DNA of 64,000 nt, from contig CM068743.1 in NCBI GenBank assembly GCA_035084275.1, positions 136,152,001-136,216,000 of the forward strand, read 5' to 3'. A model generated the notes under the pieces. The model made no database searches and had not been told where the DNA came from. It saw only the letters and a program-made list of their open reading frames with translations. A program made the position numbers and the translations under genes. Position 1 is the first letter of the stretch, and every line of letters begins with the position of its first letter. This document shows, piece by piece, positions 37,888-51,724 of the stretch. Origin of the DNA: Hydrolagus colliei. Its lineage: Eukaryota.

Positions 37888-38220
37888 GGAGTCCTGTAGC
37901 TCATTGGTTAGAGCATTTGCTTTCCAAGTGTGAGAACTGTGTTCAAATCCAGGCAGTTCAGGACGGAAGCTTAGGCAAGTTTCCTTACTCCACACACCTA
38001 ATACAGTAATAACCCCTCCAAAAAAGCCACAATAATAAAATTGGCGATTTCAATCCATGACTGTTTGTGGGATATTGCTGCGCTGAACTGGCAGCCACGT
38101 TTCGCCCACAAATATACAGTCAATTCACTTTACAGTATATTCTGTGAAGCGCTTTGAGATGTTTAGAAGACGTGAAAAGCACTATAGCAAATGCAAGGAT
38201 TATTATTATTTATTATTATT
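37888..38220 (+). mobile_element. tRNA/Deu SINE, short variant, full length
   Basis: ggagtcctgtagctcattggttagagc...gttcaaatcc...Deu core...(TAT)n tail. Confidence 0.92.
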
Positions 38221-41059
38221 CCATAGTATAACACTGCATGAGACCAGCTTAATAGTTCATAACATTGTTTGCATCTCCAATAAATCGTGTACAAACCTGT
38301 ACATTACATGTATTTGGCTTATATGAGGCCAGTCCTGCAAGAGATCTTTCCTGGCTGCTTGGGTACAATTTGCTCTTCAGGCTACGGTCACAAGTGTGGC
38401 AGATTGTGGCTGAAACAGATCAGGTTTCTTGTAGGTGCATTATCACTGGGTTTTATGTTATTTGTCACAGAAGCAGTCATTCATTTTGCTGGTTATATGT
38501 CAAAGCTACCCAAAAGAATCAAATCTACAAGACAAGTCCACATCACTATAAGTTAGCCAAGAGAAAAATACACCTAGAATTCTCCCTCTACAATAAAACA
38601 AATACTGTACATTTAATGCCGAGGTCTATGTTTCTATATTATAGAATGGAGACTGTTTCTGTTTTACACTGTTATTTTATTTTTGTACTGTAGGTTGTAC
38701 CAAGGTTTAATATCTGAGCTAGAGGATCTTTAGAATATGTGATATTATCTTGCAAACAATGCCACAGAGATGTGCTGTGTTTTGCAATACACACAATTGT
38801 ACTTCTCCGAATAAAACACTTTAGATATCGGTCAGGGTTGCGGTGAAACATTTTAATGGATGGCCTATGAATCTGCAGATTCCCAGCAACTGCTACAGAC
38901 AATTCCACTTGGCAGCACTGCCTGACCTTGATTTGCATTTTTGTGAACCATCTTTGAGCTCAGATCAATTTCCAGAATAACATTAGGAAACAAAACACAG
39001 AGGTAGAAATATTTCCACTCTTCAATGACCATCAATGCTTTTTAATCTAATAACTGCTTTACTGTCCATTTGGATATTTTGAGGCCGCTGACAAAGTGTA
39101 CTATTTTTCTTTAAATCATAATTGTTCTGCTGGTAAGAAATGAAGTTGGAGATTGGTCTGGTAATAAGGGCAAGGTGGGTGGATAAATCTAATAGGAAAA
39201 CACTTTACTTTTAATGGAAAGTTCTAAGTTTATTATTGTTATTGCAAAATAGGATTATTGTCTATGACATTCAATTGACCACCAGCTACTAATGATCTTC
39301 TACTTTATTTGCAGATATGTTCTGCATTGCCCGGGGGGATAGGATTGTTATAAATGGCCTAATTTATGATATAATAAATTATATACTTTTGAAGATGGAT
39401 ATTTTCATCTCTGCGATGCACAATGTTCCCTTCCTAAAGAGGCTGAGTGTATGCAAAGTACTGCTTGTAAATGAAATGAGCTGCCTCCTCTTCAGTGTTT
39501 GTGAAGAAAAATGGAATTAGGTGCTATAGGAGACAAAGGCAAAGATTCACAATCAATCATCTGTCATACGCTGCTTTGTAAGACATTCAGTGCATTTTGA
39601 TGCTCATGAATATTTTAGCCAAAACAAATCTTCCAATGTTTTGAGTGGATTTCCACATGTGCAATTTTTGCATTGACTGGTGCTGTTTGCAATGTGGCTG
39701 TTTCCATTACAGAGCTTAAACAAAACCAAGCTGTTTCCACAGAAAGACCCAGTTCCAATATTATGGCCTCTTGAACTTATACATATACGTTTCAAGATAA
39801 TGACAGGCAATGTTTTTAATATTCATGAAGGACTATAACGCACATTTACTGCTGTGTTGTCAAACACAGTTTTCATGATGTTTGGGAATTTAAATCAATT
39901 AGATCTAGCAATATATACAGTATTTTATTGAAAATGATAAAACTGTCGAATCTTGTTGTGATTTGAATTTGAATATGATATTTTTTAGATCCCATTCCAA
40001 GATCTGTGTTTATTGTCATGTTTTCGGTCCAGTATTTATTAATAGAGGAATCTTCACATAAGGTCATCATTCAATCTTCCAACAGTACATTGAGTGATGG
40101 TTGAAGGTCAAGACCTTAGGTCAAGGTCGAGTAATGCTGGAAATTTCCCGCATTGCCTTGATACAACAGACCGAACCCTGACCCCAATATTGTGAACTTG
40201 CTGCATCACATGACAGTTCCATCCCACTGGTTTTTAATTTTAGCCTTTTGTGAGACGTATTTACTGAATCATGTAGTGGAGCAAGCAGACTGTCGTGCAA
40301 ACGGCCTCATAACTGCAGAGTATTAGGCTGAGATTATCAGAATTTCATTTAGTCATAACCCTTTCAGTAACTAGGAGAAACCTTGATCTGCTGTCTATGT
40401 GTAAACTAGTTTCCAAATAGAATTAGCACAAAATATCATAAATATCTGAATAATGTGTAGCTAATGTCATCAAGGCCAAGGACAATCCCAGGCTCCTCTT
40501 CTCCACCACAAACCACCTCCGCCGTTCACCCTCCCACGCCTCACCCATCCTATCCTCCAACTCCAACAGCGGGGAGGTTCCACAGATCAAAAATTGAGGG
40601 GATTTGTCTAGCCACCTCTACCCCATCCACCACTACCTGCCCATTGCCTCTCCCCCAGGATTCACCCCCTCCCAACCCCCATTACACATCTTTGAGCCTA
40701 ATCCTTTACTTTTTAAAAATATGTTGTTTGAATTGGGATTAAAAATGCAGTCAGTGTGATGTGAAATTATCACTGACAGAATTTATCACTCACTGCACAT
40801 GCTGTATTTTGCAACTAATTACTGAAGTGATCTGGCCTTGAAGAGTTACTCAAGCGATGTGTCAAATAAACTAAATGGACATCGGCAAAAATATGTAGTC
40901 ATTTGTCTTGTCTCTGACTAGTAGTGTATGTTGTTGTTTTAATTTGAATAATCCGTAATCCTGTGGACATTCCAAAGTGTTTCACAGATATACTGTAAAC
41001 TGCAAATGATTTGATGTTTTGTGTATGAATGCAACAGCCAATTTACGCACATCAATGTC

Positions 41060-42185
41060 TCAGAAACAGCCATTCAATTCCAATATATTTGTTCTGGGCA
41101 GAGGAGGAAACAGTCCATAGTTCTGTCCTCCTTCACCACCTCTCTTCCATCAACCACCTCAGTGGGACCGCACTTGTACGGTTCTTGTCCTCGTCAACAA
41201 CCCACCAACAATATATCTCGGCAAATGTTTTTTCCTCTCACCCTCACCTGGTCACCCCCAGGGCAGCCTAGCTGCTCCTCCTCGGCAAAGTTGTCAACGG
41301 ACATGTGGACAACTTCCACATTTGTGCGGTTGACATCCGAATAAACTTCTTCTATTCCAGCTGCAACTCCCAGTCCATTGACGTCTTGTCAGCCTGTTTG
41401 ACGGACATTAAGGCCTGATGAGCACAAATTTACTGGAATTAAATGTCGGCAAAACGGAAGCCATACTCCCGTTGGGTCTTTTTTCCTGGGGGTCTAAACT
41501 CCTCAATGTCCTCGGGCTCTCCCTCAGACTCTCTAACTCTGTGTGTAATTTAGACATCAGGTTCAATCCACAGCTTTCCTTTCTACCCCACAACCATTCC
41601 CTGACCAGAATTGCTTTGTTGCCCCCGTCCGTACTTCACAACTAATGCAGCCGAAACCCCGGTCCACACTCCGTCACTTCCTGGCCGGACTATTCCAATA
41701 CCCTTCTCGCCGAGCTCCGCACATCCACCATACAAAATTCAATTTAATCAAAATTCCGTCACCCAGATACTCAGCTGCAAAAAAAACTCCTTACCCCCAT
41801 CACACCAGTCCTTGCCAGGCTCTCCTGGCTCCCAATTATCGAACAGATACCCTCATTGGTGTTCAAATTCCTTCAAGCCCTCTCACCCTGGGAGGTGAGA
41901 GTCCATAAAGTAATCCTCACTCCACCACTACAGCCTCCCGTTTGTCCTTTGTCTCCTCTGTTCCACCATCAGTACCTATGCCGCCAGCAAATACAGCCCG
42001 AAACTCTGGAACTCCCTCCCTCAATCCTTCCGCCTTTCTCCCTATGGCACCCATGGCAATATTAAAATTGTGGATTACAATACTCTTGTCTATATTATAA
42101 CTTCACAGTAAAATCCTGTGATGAGTTTTGAGACATTCACTCATTGTGAAAGGCACTATATCAATCAAAGTTGTTGTTGTTGTTG
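41060..42185 (+). mobile_element. Degenerate L2 ORF2/3' fragment followed by a SINE/L2 tail
   Basis: MSTNLLELNVGKTEAI (L2 WM..NFLQLN..KTEAI), cccatcacaccagtccttgc, aactctggaactccctccc; tail gaaaggcactatatcaa..(gtt)n. Confidence 0.75.
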
Positions 42186-45084
42186 TATATCAAATGTTAG
42201 AATGCTTTATTTATAATATCTCAGAAGACACACAAAGATGGGGTTGAACATCGAGTGAGGGAGGATTGGAAGCGGGAAAGGGCAATTGATTATAAGTGGA
42301 GATAAAGAGAGAGGATTTAGGCAAGATGTAAAGAGAAGGAACAAGACTGGAGGGTAGAGGCAGTGAGTTCCACATGTTTGGGGCTAGGAAAGAAAATAAA
42401 TATACTGGAACATTTAAGGCTAATCATTGTTTTGGTAAGTTAATTACTTTAAAGGTGTACAAATGGCATACAAATGTTAATTACTTTAAAGGTGTATGTT
42501 GCATTCTTGATAAAGAGATTGCTGTGACAGTTAAATAGCTACATTTGTGAATCTGCGTTTGGTTGGATCCTCTGTTATTTCGCTGAAAAAATGTAATGTA
42601 ACTCTCTCCAGCTAACAAGCATCCTACAAAATAATTGATTGCACCAACGATTTAAAGTGGATTATCATTGTTTTCTGTATTTCAGCCAATTGTGAGGAGT
42701 GCAACTGAAGGTTGTCTCTGATCGGTGAACACACTGTTGCCCCAAATCCAACCTGTTTGCTTTCGCAGCAGATTTAGGGTTAAATTGATGGAAAATTCCA
42801 ACTTTAGATCTCAGTGTGCTGTGAGCATGTTATGAGACTAAAGCTGCTTTGATTAGTGTCATTCAGATCAATCCTTGATTGACAGCATCATTATAATATA
42901 GACAAGAGTATTATAATCCACAAAAACACTATCATTTCAATAAATTCCTGTCTTCCTGTCGTGTCAATAGAGCACACATTTTATTTTGCAAACCAGCCCA
43001 GCCTTGTATGAGACACAAAAAGCTATCCTGTGGACATGATACAAAAGCATCAGCATCAGCATCAGCGGAAAATAAAACATAGCACTGAAACAGAAAATAA
43101 CGACTTCACTGACAAAAGTAGGGAGATTGTAAAAGGCTGTGTTTAAGGCTGTAACAGAGAGTCCACAGCCAGAGATTGTGAGCTAGTTGGTTGAGATTTA
43201 TGAGGTCATCTGAATGTTATGAAATGTTTCTGTTGTCTCTTTTCACCCTCCACTTGCACTTATACTATGAGAGCTACTATGCATGGATAAAAATAACGAT
43301 CTTTTTCACTGTCTTTTTAATGGGAAGTCCTATTATAGAACTTTGTGACTGCATATTAATAATGTTCTGTGCAAATACAGGCTGCATTTCTGCAGGGATA
43401 ATGGATCCAATAGAATAGTGTGTACATATTTCATAATAAAGCTTTAACATGTGAATTTATTTCAACTTTAAACAACATCAGTTTCCTTCTACTCACGGAA
43501 CCATTTCCTTTGTGTTTTGACTTGGCAACTGTTAATTTTCTCATGTACATGTATGCAATATTATTCTCTACAGTCAATACAGTAGCATCAAACTTAGAGT
43601 CATCAGTTTCTTTCAGTCACTCATTCTGCTATGGATTATACATTCCACATTTATCCAACTAATTTATTTGAGAAATGAATAGTAATTCTTATTGAGAACT
43701 GGCATTTGAGATCTGAAGATTGTAATTATAATAATAATAATAATCCTTGCATTGATATAGTGCCTCATCACCCATTCGAGATGTCTGAAAACGCTTTACA
43801 GAATATACTGTAAAGTGAATTGTCCGTACATTTTTGTGGGCCAAACAGAGATTTACCTACATTGAACCCATGCAAAATTATTTTTACACATCAGCATTAA
43901 AATAACCCCTGAGGAATGTAAATTGGATGATGTTTATAAAATATTTTAATGTCAATCAATGTATTTAGAAAGTATGCTATCAATGCGTTATTTAGAATTA
44001 CTGTGTACTAATAGAGGTCGAGGTAAGAACTTGAGAAAGAACTCTTATTCCCCAGACAAACACAACTGCTGTTCAGGTGGATGTTGAGAATTTTATAGAA
44101 TTATTTCGAAGAGGTAAGCATTGTGGATTATATTCTTCTATCATTCATCCTAAAAGAAAAATAAATTACCCCAAAGAAAAAATGATTGATGGTCATTCAC
44201 CTCAGTAATATTTATGGGACATTGTTAGTGCAGTTTATCTATCATGTTTGACTACACTTGAAAGTAACTCATTATGCGATACACTTGAAGGTGAAAATAC
44301 ACTTAGTCAAATCCAATTACCCCCTTATAAAATCCTCAATATCAAAGTCTATGGCTTTCAAAATGTATAATGTGATCTAATGTTGCACTAAAAATAATAA
44401 TATGGGAATGACACAAATTATACATTATCTGTAATCCAGTGATAGACTTTGTGTTGGTGAGTGTGGGAAGAAATGGAAAGAACAAAGAGTGGGGAATAAC
44501 AATGAGGGAATAAGAGATTGAGGAGTAAAGGGTTTAAGAAGTAAGCATGAGGGAGAACAACTGAACACAAAGAAATGGAGATAGAGATACTAAAGCAGAT
44601 ACTACAGTCTAGACCAATTAAAGTCATTTATTTTCCAGGAAAATAAATACTGTAGTTTCCTCACAGCCTAGGGCAGAGCCAATAAGTACTGAAATAAATC
44701 TACATCTTTGAATCAATACAGGATTAATTAAGCATTTCTCTTCACATCTAATTACAACCCTCTGAATTGATTTAGTCTTCATTCTCAAATCCAACTTACA
44801 CTTCTATGACACTGACCTTTCTCTTCTGCTTTGACCTTTATACCTTCCAAACTAGTTGATTTTTTTTGCCAACTTCAACATATTCCTGTTGTCATTTGGC
44901 TTTGATTCAGGTTAACATTAAAGATCCCATGGCACAATTCAAAAAGAGAAGGTAATTTTGTTCGGTGTCCTGGCCAATAATCCCCCAAATAAAATTTGTC
45001 ATTTACTTCATGGCTATTTATGGGAAATGGCTTTGTGCAAATTGGTTGCTGTTTCTGCCCACAACATACAAAACAATACATATA

Positions 45085-46260
45085 CAATACAAAACTACAT
45101 TTGTAAAGCTCCTTTCATGTTGGGAGGACTTCCCAAGGCACTCAACATTCAGGGATTAGGACCCGAGTAGGGAACTAGTTTGGGATCAGGGAGGGTGGCG
45201 AGCAGAGAGGATAGGAGGGTGGCAGAAGGCACGGTCAAAGAGGAGGATGTTGAGATGTGCCTTGAAGGAGGCAAGGAAGGGAGTGATGCAAAGGCAATGT
45301 GGAGTGGGATTCTGGAGGGTGAGGGCAGAGAAGCTGAAGGACAGACCTCCAATGGTGGGGTGAGGTGGGCGGGAGACATGGAGCAGGCCAGAGCCTGCTG
45401 AGTCGAGGGAGCAGACAGGTTGTTAAGGGGTTAGCAGATCAGAGAGGTAGTAGGGGACAAGGCCATGGAAAGCCTTGAAGGTGAGGATGAGAATTGTTAA
45501 GAACATAAGAACATAAGAATTAGGAGCACGAGTAGGCCATTCGGCCCTTCGAGCCTGCTCCACCATTGAATAAGATCAAGGCTGATCTTCTCACCTAACT
45601 CTGATTACCTGCCCTATCCCCATAACCCCTGATCCCTCTATTTTTCAAAAATCTATCAGTCTCAGCCTTGAAAATGTTCAAGGACTGAGCATCTACAGCC
45701 TTCTGGGGTAGTGAATTCCATAAATTCACTACCCTCTGAGTGAAGAAATGTTAACTCTTCTGAAGGATGAGGAGCCAGACAAGGGTGGATGTGATGGGTT
45801 CATGGAGCCTCGACAGGAGAGGAACTGCAGAGATCTGGATGATCTGCAGCTTGTGGAGGGAAAAAATTGGGAAGGTCGATAAGGAGGGCATTGGCATGTC
45901 AAGCCTGGATGTAATGAAGGCATGAATGGGGGTTTCAGGATCCTGATGGGTGAGGCAGTGGCAGAGTCAACCAATGTTGTGGAGGTGGGGGAAGGCAGAG
46001 CAGATCATGGAATGGATGTGGGGAGAAAGGACAGTTGAGGGTTGAACAAGATGCCTAGGTTCCTGACTGGCTTGGTGAGGTGCAGTGTGGATCCATGAAT
46101 ACTGATGCCCTCAGTGCCTGAGGTGTGAAGGCTCTGCCACCAACCATGGAGGGTCTTGCTGATGTTCAACGATGGAAAGTTGTCTCTCATCCAGTAATGA
46201 TTTCTAGCAGGCAGTCTGTTGGTACACTAGTCATCTGTGATCAAGGGTGGAGGCGAAGGG
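45085..46260 (-). mobile_element. L2 LINE 3' fragment interrupted by a CR1
   Basis: Colinear with the L2 at 17440-18130 (ggatctgcagc, gatg.aatgaaggcatgaatg, ggttcctgactggcttg). L2 3' end near 45090. Confidence 0.8.
45498..45750 (-). mobile_element. HER1-like CR1 3' end, near-identical to 24728-24975
   Basis: taagaacataagaacataagaattaggagc...cactaccctctgagtgaagaaatg. Possible TSD tgttaa on both sides. Confidence 0.93.
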
Positions 46261-47178
46261 ATAACATACAAAAATCACTGCACTTTACAGTAAATCAAAA
46301 GCACTTTGAGACATTCCCCCAATGTGTGAAGGGCTGTACAATTGTATATTGCATTATATAATGAGTCATAATCCCCTTCCTGCCCCTCGCATGAGCAATG
46401 TTTGATGAGTGCCTGCTTATTTACTATTTTTGTCTGTTCAAGTTTCCAACTTAATGGGTCGCACATTCACATTACATTTGTAGAGGTCATCCTTTGCAGC
46501 CTCCAATTCATCTCAATTTTCTTACATTGCTCTTACATTGACCTCATTCATTTTCCCCTCATTTCCTTTCCTTCCCTGTTCATCCATTCCACTGCCCGGT
46601 TATTTCACTCGAGGGCGAACAATCCCATGGGTCTATATCATGGCATCACTCAGCAAAACCGGGAAGAAAAGTAAATTGAAAGAGGAAACAAATTAGACAT
46701 AACCACAAGCTCGTATCCAAGTGTTGTAGTTCCCAATAATCGTTATTTTGCTTACTGAGTAAAGGGAAGTTTAGGGAATTCAAATAATTAGCATCATTAA
46801 CATTGGCTGAACAAACACAAGCTTATATTGCTAATTTAGAGAAATCTAAATGCATGGAGTGATTCGTAACCAAACTCACTTTACCTGGAGGCAGTGGAAA
46901 TGATTTGCTTTCCAATGCATTAGCGGATAAATAATTTTCAAATCTAGTCAAATAAGTAATTAAAACATTTACTTCAATGGCAAAGGCTGAGTAACTCACT
47001 AATTATTCATTCAGAGTCCCAACATAAGAGCAACAAACAATCCTGAAATTCACTCAGAATGAGGCCTCAATATCAACCTTTTCCAATTGGAATATTTCAA
47101 TAAAATCCCAAACTGTGGACATTCATCCAACTGTTAGTTTTCGGCATTGACCACCACCATCACCACCACCATCATTGC

Positions 47179-47482
47179 GGAGTCCTGTAGCTCAGTGGTT
47201 CGAGGACTTGCCTTGCAAGCAAGAGACCTGGATTCAATTCCAGGCAAGGCAAAACCTTGGGCAAATTTCCTTATTCCATACGCCTGATAATAATCCTTCA
47301 AAAATTGTTCATTTGAAACAACCACCGTTTGTACGTAACTGCTGTGCACAATTGCCCACAAAATATACAGTCAATTCACTTTATGGTATGTTCTGTGAAG
47401 AATTTCTGTGAAGTGCTTTGCGACATCTAGAAGGTGTGAAAAGTGCTATATCAAATGCAAGGATGATTTATATTATTATTAT
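47179..47482 (+). mobile_element. tRNA/Deu SINE with an internal ttctgtgaag duplication
   Basis: Head ggagtcctgtagctcagtggtt...cttgccttgcaagcaag...; ttctgtgaag-aat-ttctgtgaag at 47391-47413. Confidence 0.9.
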
Positions 47483-50357
47483 CACAGTTTTGCTCAGTTG
47501 ATATTGATGGTGCAATGTGCTAACTGTGGTCTTTCAGATGGTATGTTATACTGAGGTCTAGCTGTTCAGATGGATGTTAAAGATCCTGTGAGTCTTTCCG
47601 AATAAAGGACAATTCTCAAGGTGTCTTGGCCAAAAGTCCTTTAGCTAAATTGATCAGTGACAGTTGTGTTTTCCCTAAAAACTCATCACTACAATCGATA
47701 CTAATTACCTACAAAGCTCATTTCAATATGACAAGACATGATAAAAATGTAGGAATATGTAGACTTAATATAACACGACACAATGCATCTGACCAAAACA
47801 AATGGGACATGAAGAGTGGGTGTTAATGGGATGTTCATGAAATAGCACAGTGAGAGAATTAATATTAACATGAAACAATAACTTAGCTGACTGTGACAAA
47901 TTTGTAATAAGTAGAACCACCGAAGTGGCGGTGGCTTGATATTATTCAGTTACAGTAATTTTAAGTTAAATTTGTTCTTAAAAGTTCTTTGCCTTGTTCT
48001 CGGCAGTTGCAGATTACCAGGTATTGCATTGCACTAGAAAGTGAGCTTTGCCAAATGGGCCCTTGTGCCCAGTTTTAGTAGAAATTATAGCTCCCTGTTG
48101 TACTAGTGGGGGGGTTTTATTGGAGGAAGGAAACAACAACTGAAAATCACTGTGAATGTGCCACTGGAGGGTGCTATGAACAGTGATGGTAAAGCTCCTC
48201 ATCACACCAGAGACAGCAATAATTAAAAATATACAGAAGCAAATAAAAAATACTTTACGTACACAATTAATTAATAGATAGGAAGGCACTGCTTAAAAAT
48301 GAGATGATGAGATGAATCGCATTTGGCGTTAAATGAAGTACATTATTTTCCGCAGACAAATGTACAATGAAAATCAATGGTGCTGTTTACCCCACAGGTC
48401 AGAACTAAAGATTTCTACTTAGACATGCAACATATTCAATAGCTTAAACGTCAAGGGAATTTGAAGTCTATGGAATTGAGACTCCATTCATCAATCTTAC
48501 GGATTAGACACTTTGTGGTGAGTGTATGATATATTTATAAATTCTGTAGAGCTACCACTGCATTAGCTTCAATAATATGTCAGTTAACATATTTTCCAAG
48601 TAGTAAAAATTCAAAATAAGTAGGTTTTTGCCAACCCTACACATTGGGAGCTTTGGTTTGTGATACAATCTTGTGATACAATACAAAATTACATTTTTAT
48701 AATGACTTCCACATCAGAAGGATGTTGCAATGCCAAGAATCATGGAACTTTACAGTACAGAGGGAAGCCATTCGAAAAATACGTGTTAGTCTGTCTCAGG
48801 CGGTGTAGCACTCACACCTCTCAGAAAGTTGTTGTTTCCAGTCTCATGTCATGACTTTGAGCACACATCGCCTAGGCTGACAGCAGTGGGTAAAATAACA
48901 AGGTAGGCACTGTCTACCCTGCCTAACCTAATTGCACATCCATGGCTGACAGTCCATTCAATCAAAATTCAATCAAAACTTACATTTACATAGCGCCTTT
49001 CACATAGAGAGGACGTCCCAAGGCGCTGTACAGTCAAGTAGGGACAAGAGCAGGTGGGTAGGGATCGGGGCAGGATGAAGGAGAGTAGAAAAATTGACCG
49101 TCTACTTGTGGGCGAAACGCGGCAGCCAAATTGCACACAGCAGTGTCCCACAAACAGTCGCGGAAATGGGGTCAGGGGAGAAAGCGGGAAAAGTGGGTGA
49201 GGGGGAGAGGGAGGGAAAGGTGGAGTGGGGTAAAGTCAGGGAGGAAGAGGGCGGAGAAAGGGAGGTAAGGGAGAGAGGGAGGGAATGGTGGGTGGGAGGC
49301 AAGATCAGGGAGAAAGGGGGTAAGAGGGAAGAGGAAGGGAAGGGGAATTGCACTGCTGTAGAGGTGTTGCATTATTGGGCGTGCCATCCCTCGGATGAGA
49401 TGTTAAATTGAGGTTTCATCTGCCAATTTAGCTGTACTCGCCAACATTCCCCAAAATACAATTGGTCCTTCTCTTCATTGGTTGTTTGTGGGATATTGCA
49501 GCACAAATGGGCTGCTACATTCACCTCCAAAACATAATCACTATCCTTTACATTATATCCCATGAAAGGTTTTGAGTCATCCTTCTGATGTGTAATGATG
49601 GACTTCTCAGTTTGGTTTGGATACCACATGTGTTAGACACCTGGCTGACAATAGACAAACTACAGTATATCTAAGTCAAGGTGATTAATATGATGACTAC
49701 AACTTCAGGTCTGCTTGTATTATTGTGGGCATGACTGGTTTCACCAATTATGTCTCCTTGGAGTTAATTCAGCTTTGAGTATCATCGTCCTCCCTTCCTG
49801 ACAGTAATTTTAGAAATGTTATTCGAGTTAGACCCACTGGGACTCAAAACCACAATCTTTTGACCCAGGAGCAACATTGGTCTGACCGAGCTACGAGGGA
49901 TGCTAAGTAGGAATAATTGAACAGTCAAGGAACATTCAATCTAATCTTCTGTAAGCCGATTGAATTAGAACTTGATCTGACTTGATAAATGTACTGAAGC
50001 TTTCTCTACTCTACCTCAATAGAAATATTTAAATGCTGCCCCTGCGAGTCTAGCACTGCAGATCTTATTGAAATGTTCAAAATCCTAAATGGTATAGTAA
50101 CTGAATGCTAATAATATATTTATCACGTTACAATGTCTATAACCAATCTACAACAAGGGAACGCAGACTCATCTTAGAAGCAGGAAAGCAACTGTCAGAG
50201 TTTGTAGCGTTTACAACCAATAAGTATTCACATTACTCATGTAGTTTTATTGGACTTTATTTTACTCAAGTGAGGCCTGATTGTTGTCCATCACAGTAAC
50301 TACATAACGATTGCTTGATGTATGTAGAGAATGTTGAATTTGTGGAACTGATTCTCA

Positions 50358-50760
50358 TTGGAGCAGAGAAGGTTACGAGGAGACCTAATAGAGGTTTTCT
50401 TGACCATGAGGGGATTCGACAGGGTAAACAGGGAGAAACTGTTTCCACTGGTGGGTATGTCAGTGACTCGTGGTCACAGATTTAAAATAGTTTCTAAAAG
50501 AAGCAGAGGAGAGATGAGGAGAAATTTTTCACTCAGCGAGTTGATGGAATCTGGAATGCATTGCCTGAAAAGGTGGTGGAGGCCGATTCGATAACAGCTT
50601 TTAAAAGAGAGATAGACATTTATTTTGGGGAGGATGGGTTTGCGAGGTTATGGGGAGAGAGCTGGGCAGTGGGATTAAATTGCTCTTTTTAATGAGCCGG
50701 CACAGACTAGATGGGCCAAATGGCCTCCTTTTGTGCCGTAAGATTCTATGATTCTATGAT
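50358..50760 (+). mobile_element. CR1 3' fragment ((ATTCTATG)n family)
   Basis: EQRRLRGDLIEVF...NREKLFPLVG.SVTRGHRFKI; tail gattctatgattctatgat. Closely matches 15915-16310. Confidence 0.95.
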
Positions 50761-51249
50761 GTCTCAGGGAAGTGGTGAAGGCAGATTTGTGTTAGCAAAT
50801 TCAACAACAAAAAATTACAATTGTATAGCACCTCTCACGTCAGGAGGATGTCCCAAGGCGCTGGGGTGAATTCAACAGTCACTTGGATTAAAAAAATGTT
50901 TGAGGAGAATAAAAAATAAAAGCAACATTGCAATTTTTGGGGGACTGCATAGTACAGTTCTATTACAATTCTATGCGATTCTGTGTTTAGTGTTGCTTTG
51001 AAAAAGGAAAATCCAGAGAGCCTAAAAGCTTAACTCAGGAAACATTTATGTAATTTTAGCCTGATTTTTCCATGTACATTAGGAGAAGGTTAAAAAGGAT
51101 AAAGTTGACTTGTAGTTTCAAAGCATAATTATATTTCTAAATATATAGAAACTTGGTTTGGACAATTGGAGGAAGTTACATTAGTTTAAAATGTTATAGT
51201 TTTAATATATGTTGATGAATAATTTATACTAAAGTTTTAAGTTTTAAGT

Positions 51250-51590
51250 GAAGCTCCTGTGGCTCAGTGGTTAGAGCACTTCTCTTGCAAACTGGGGAGA
51301 CCAAGCTGGGGAGACTGAGTTCGAATCCAGGCAGGTCAGGGCGAAACCTTGGGCAAGTTTCCTTACTCCACACGCCTAATAATAATCCCTCCAAAAAAAC
51401 CACAATAATAAAATTGGTCATTTCAATTCACGACTGTGAAATGACACTGCTGTGCACAATTGGCTGCGGTGATTCGCCCACAAATATATAGTCAATTCAC
51501 TTTACAGTATATTCTGTGAAGCGCTTTGGGATGTCAATAAGATGTGAAAAGCGCTGTATCAAATGCAAGGATTATTATTATTATATTATT
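51250..51590 (+). mobile_element. tRNA/Deu SINE, short variant
   Basis: A and B boxes, an internal ctggggagac duplication, Deu core, (ATT)n tail. Confidence 0.92.
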
Positions 51591-51724
51591 AAACTAGTGT
51601 AACTTCCTCCATTTTTCATACCAACCATAGAGGTAACTTCTGAGTGAGGATGCCAATTTATCCTACAGAATGAACAGTTCTGTATGCTGGTGGAGTGAGA
51701 CTATACCCACTGGGTATTGGATGT

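Noticed and set aside
49094-49411. Glu/Gly/Arg-rich ORF
   Set aside because: Purine-rich low-complexity sequence between SINE and L2 fragments.
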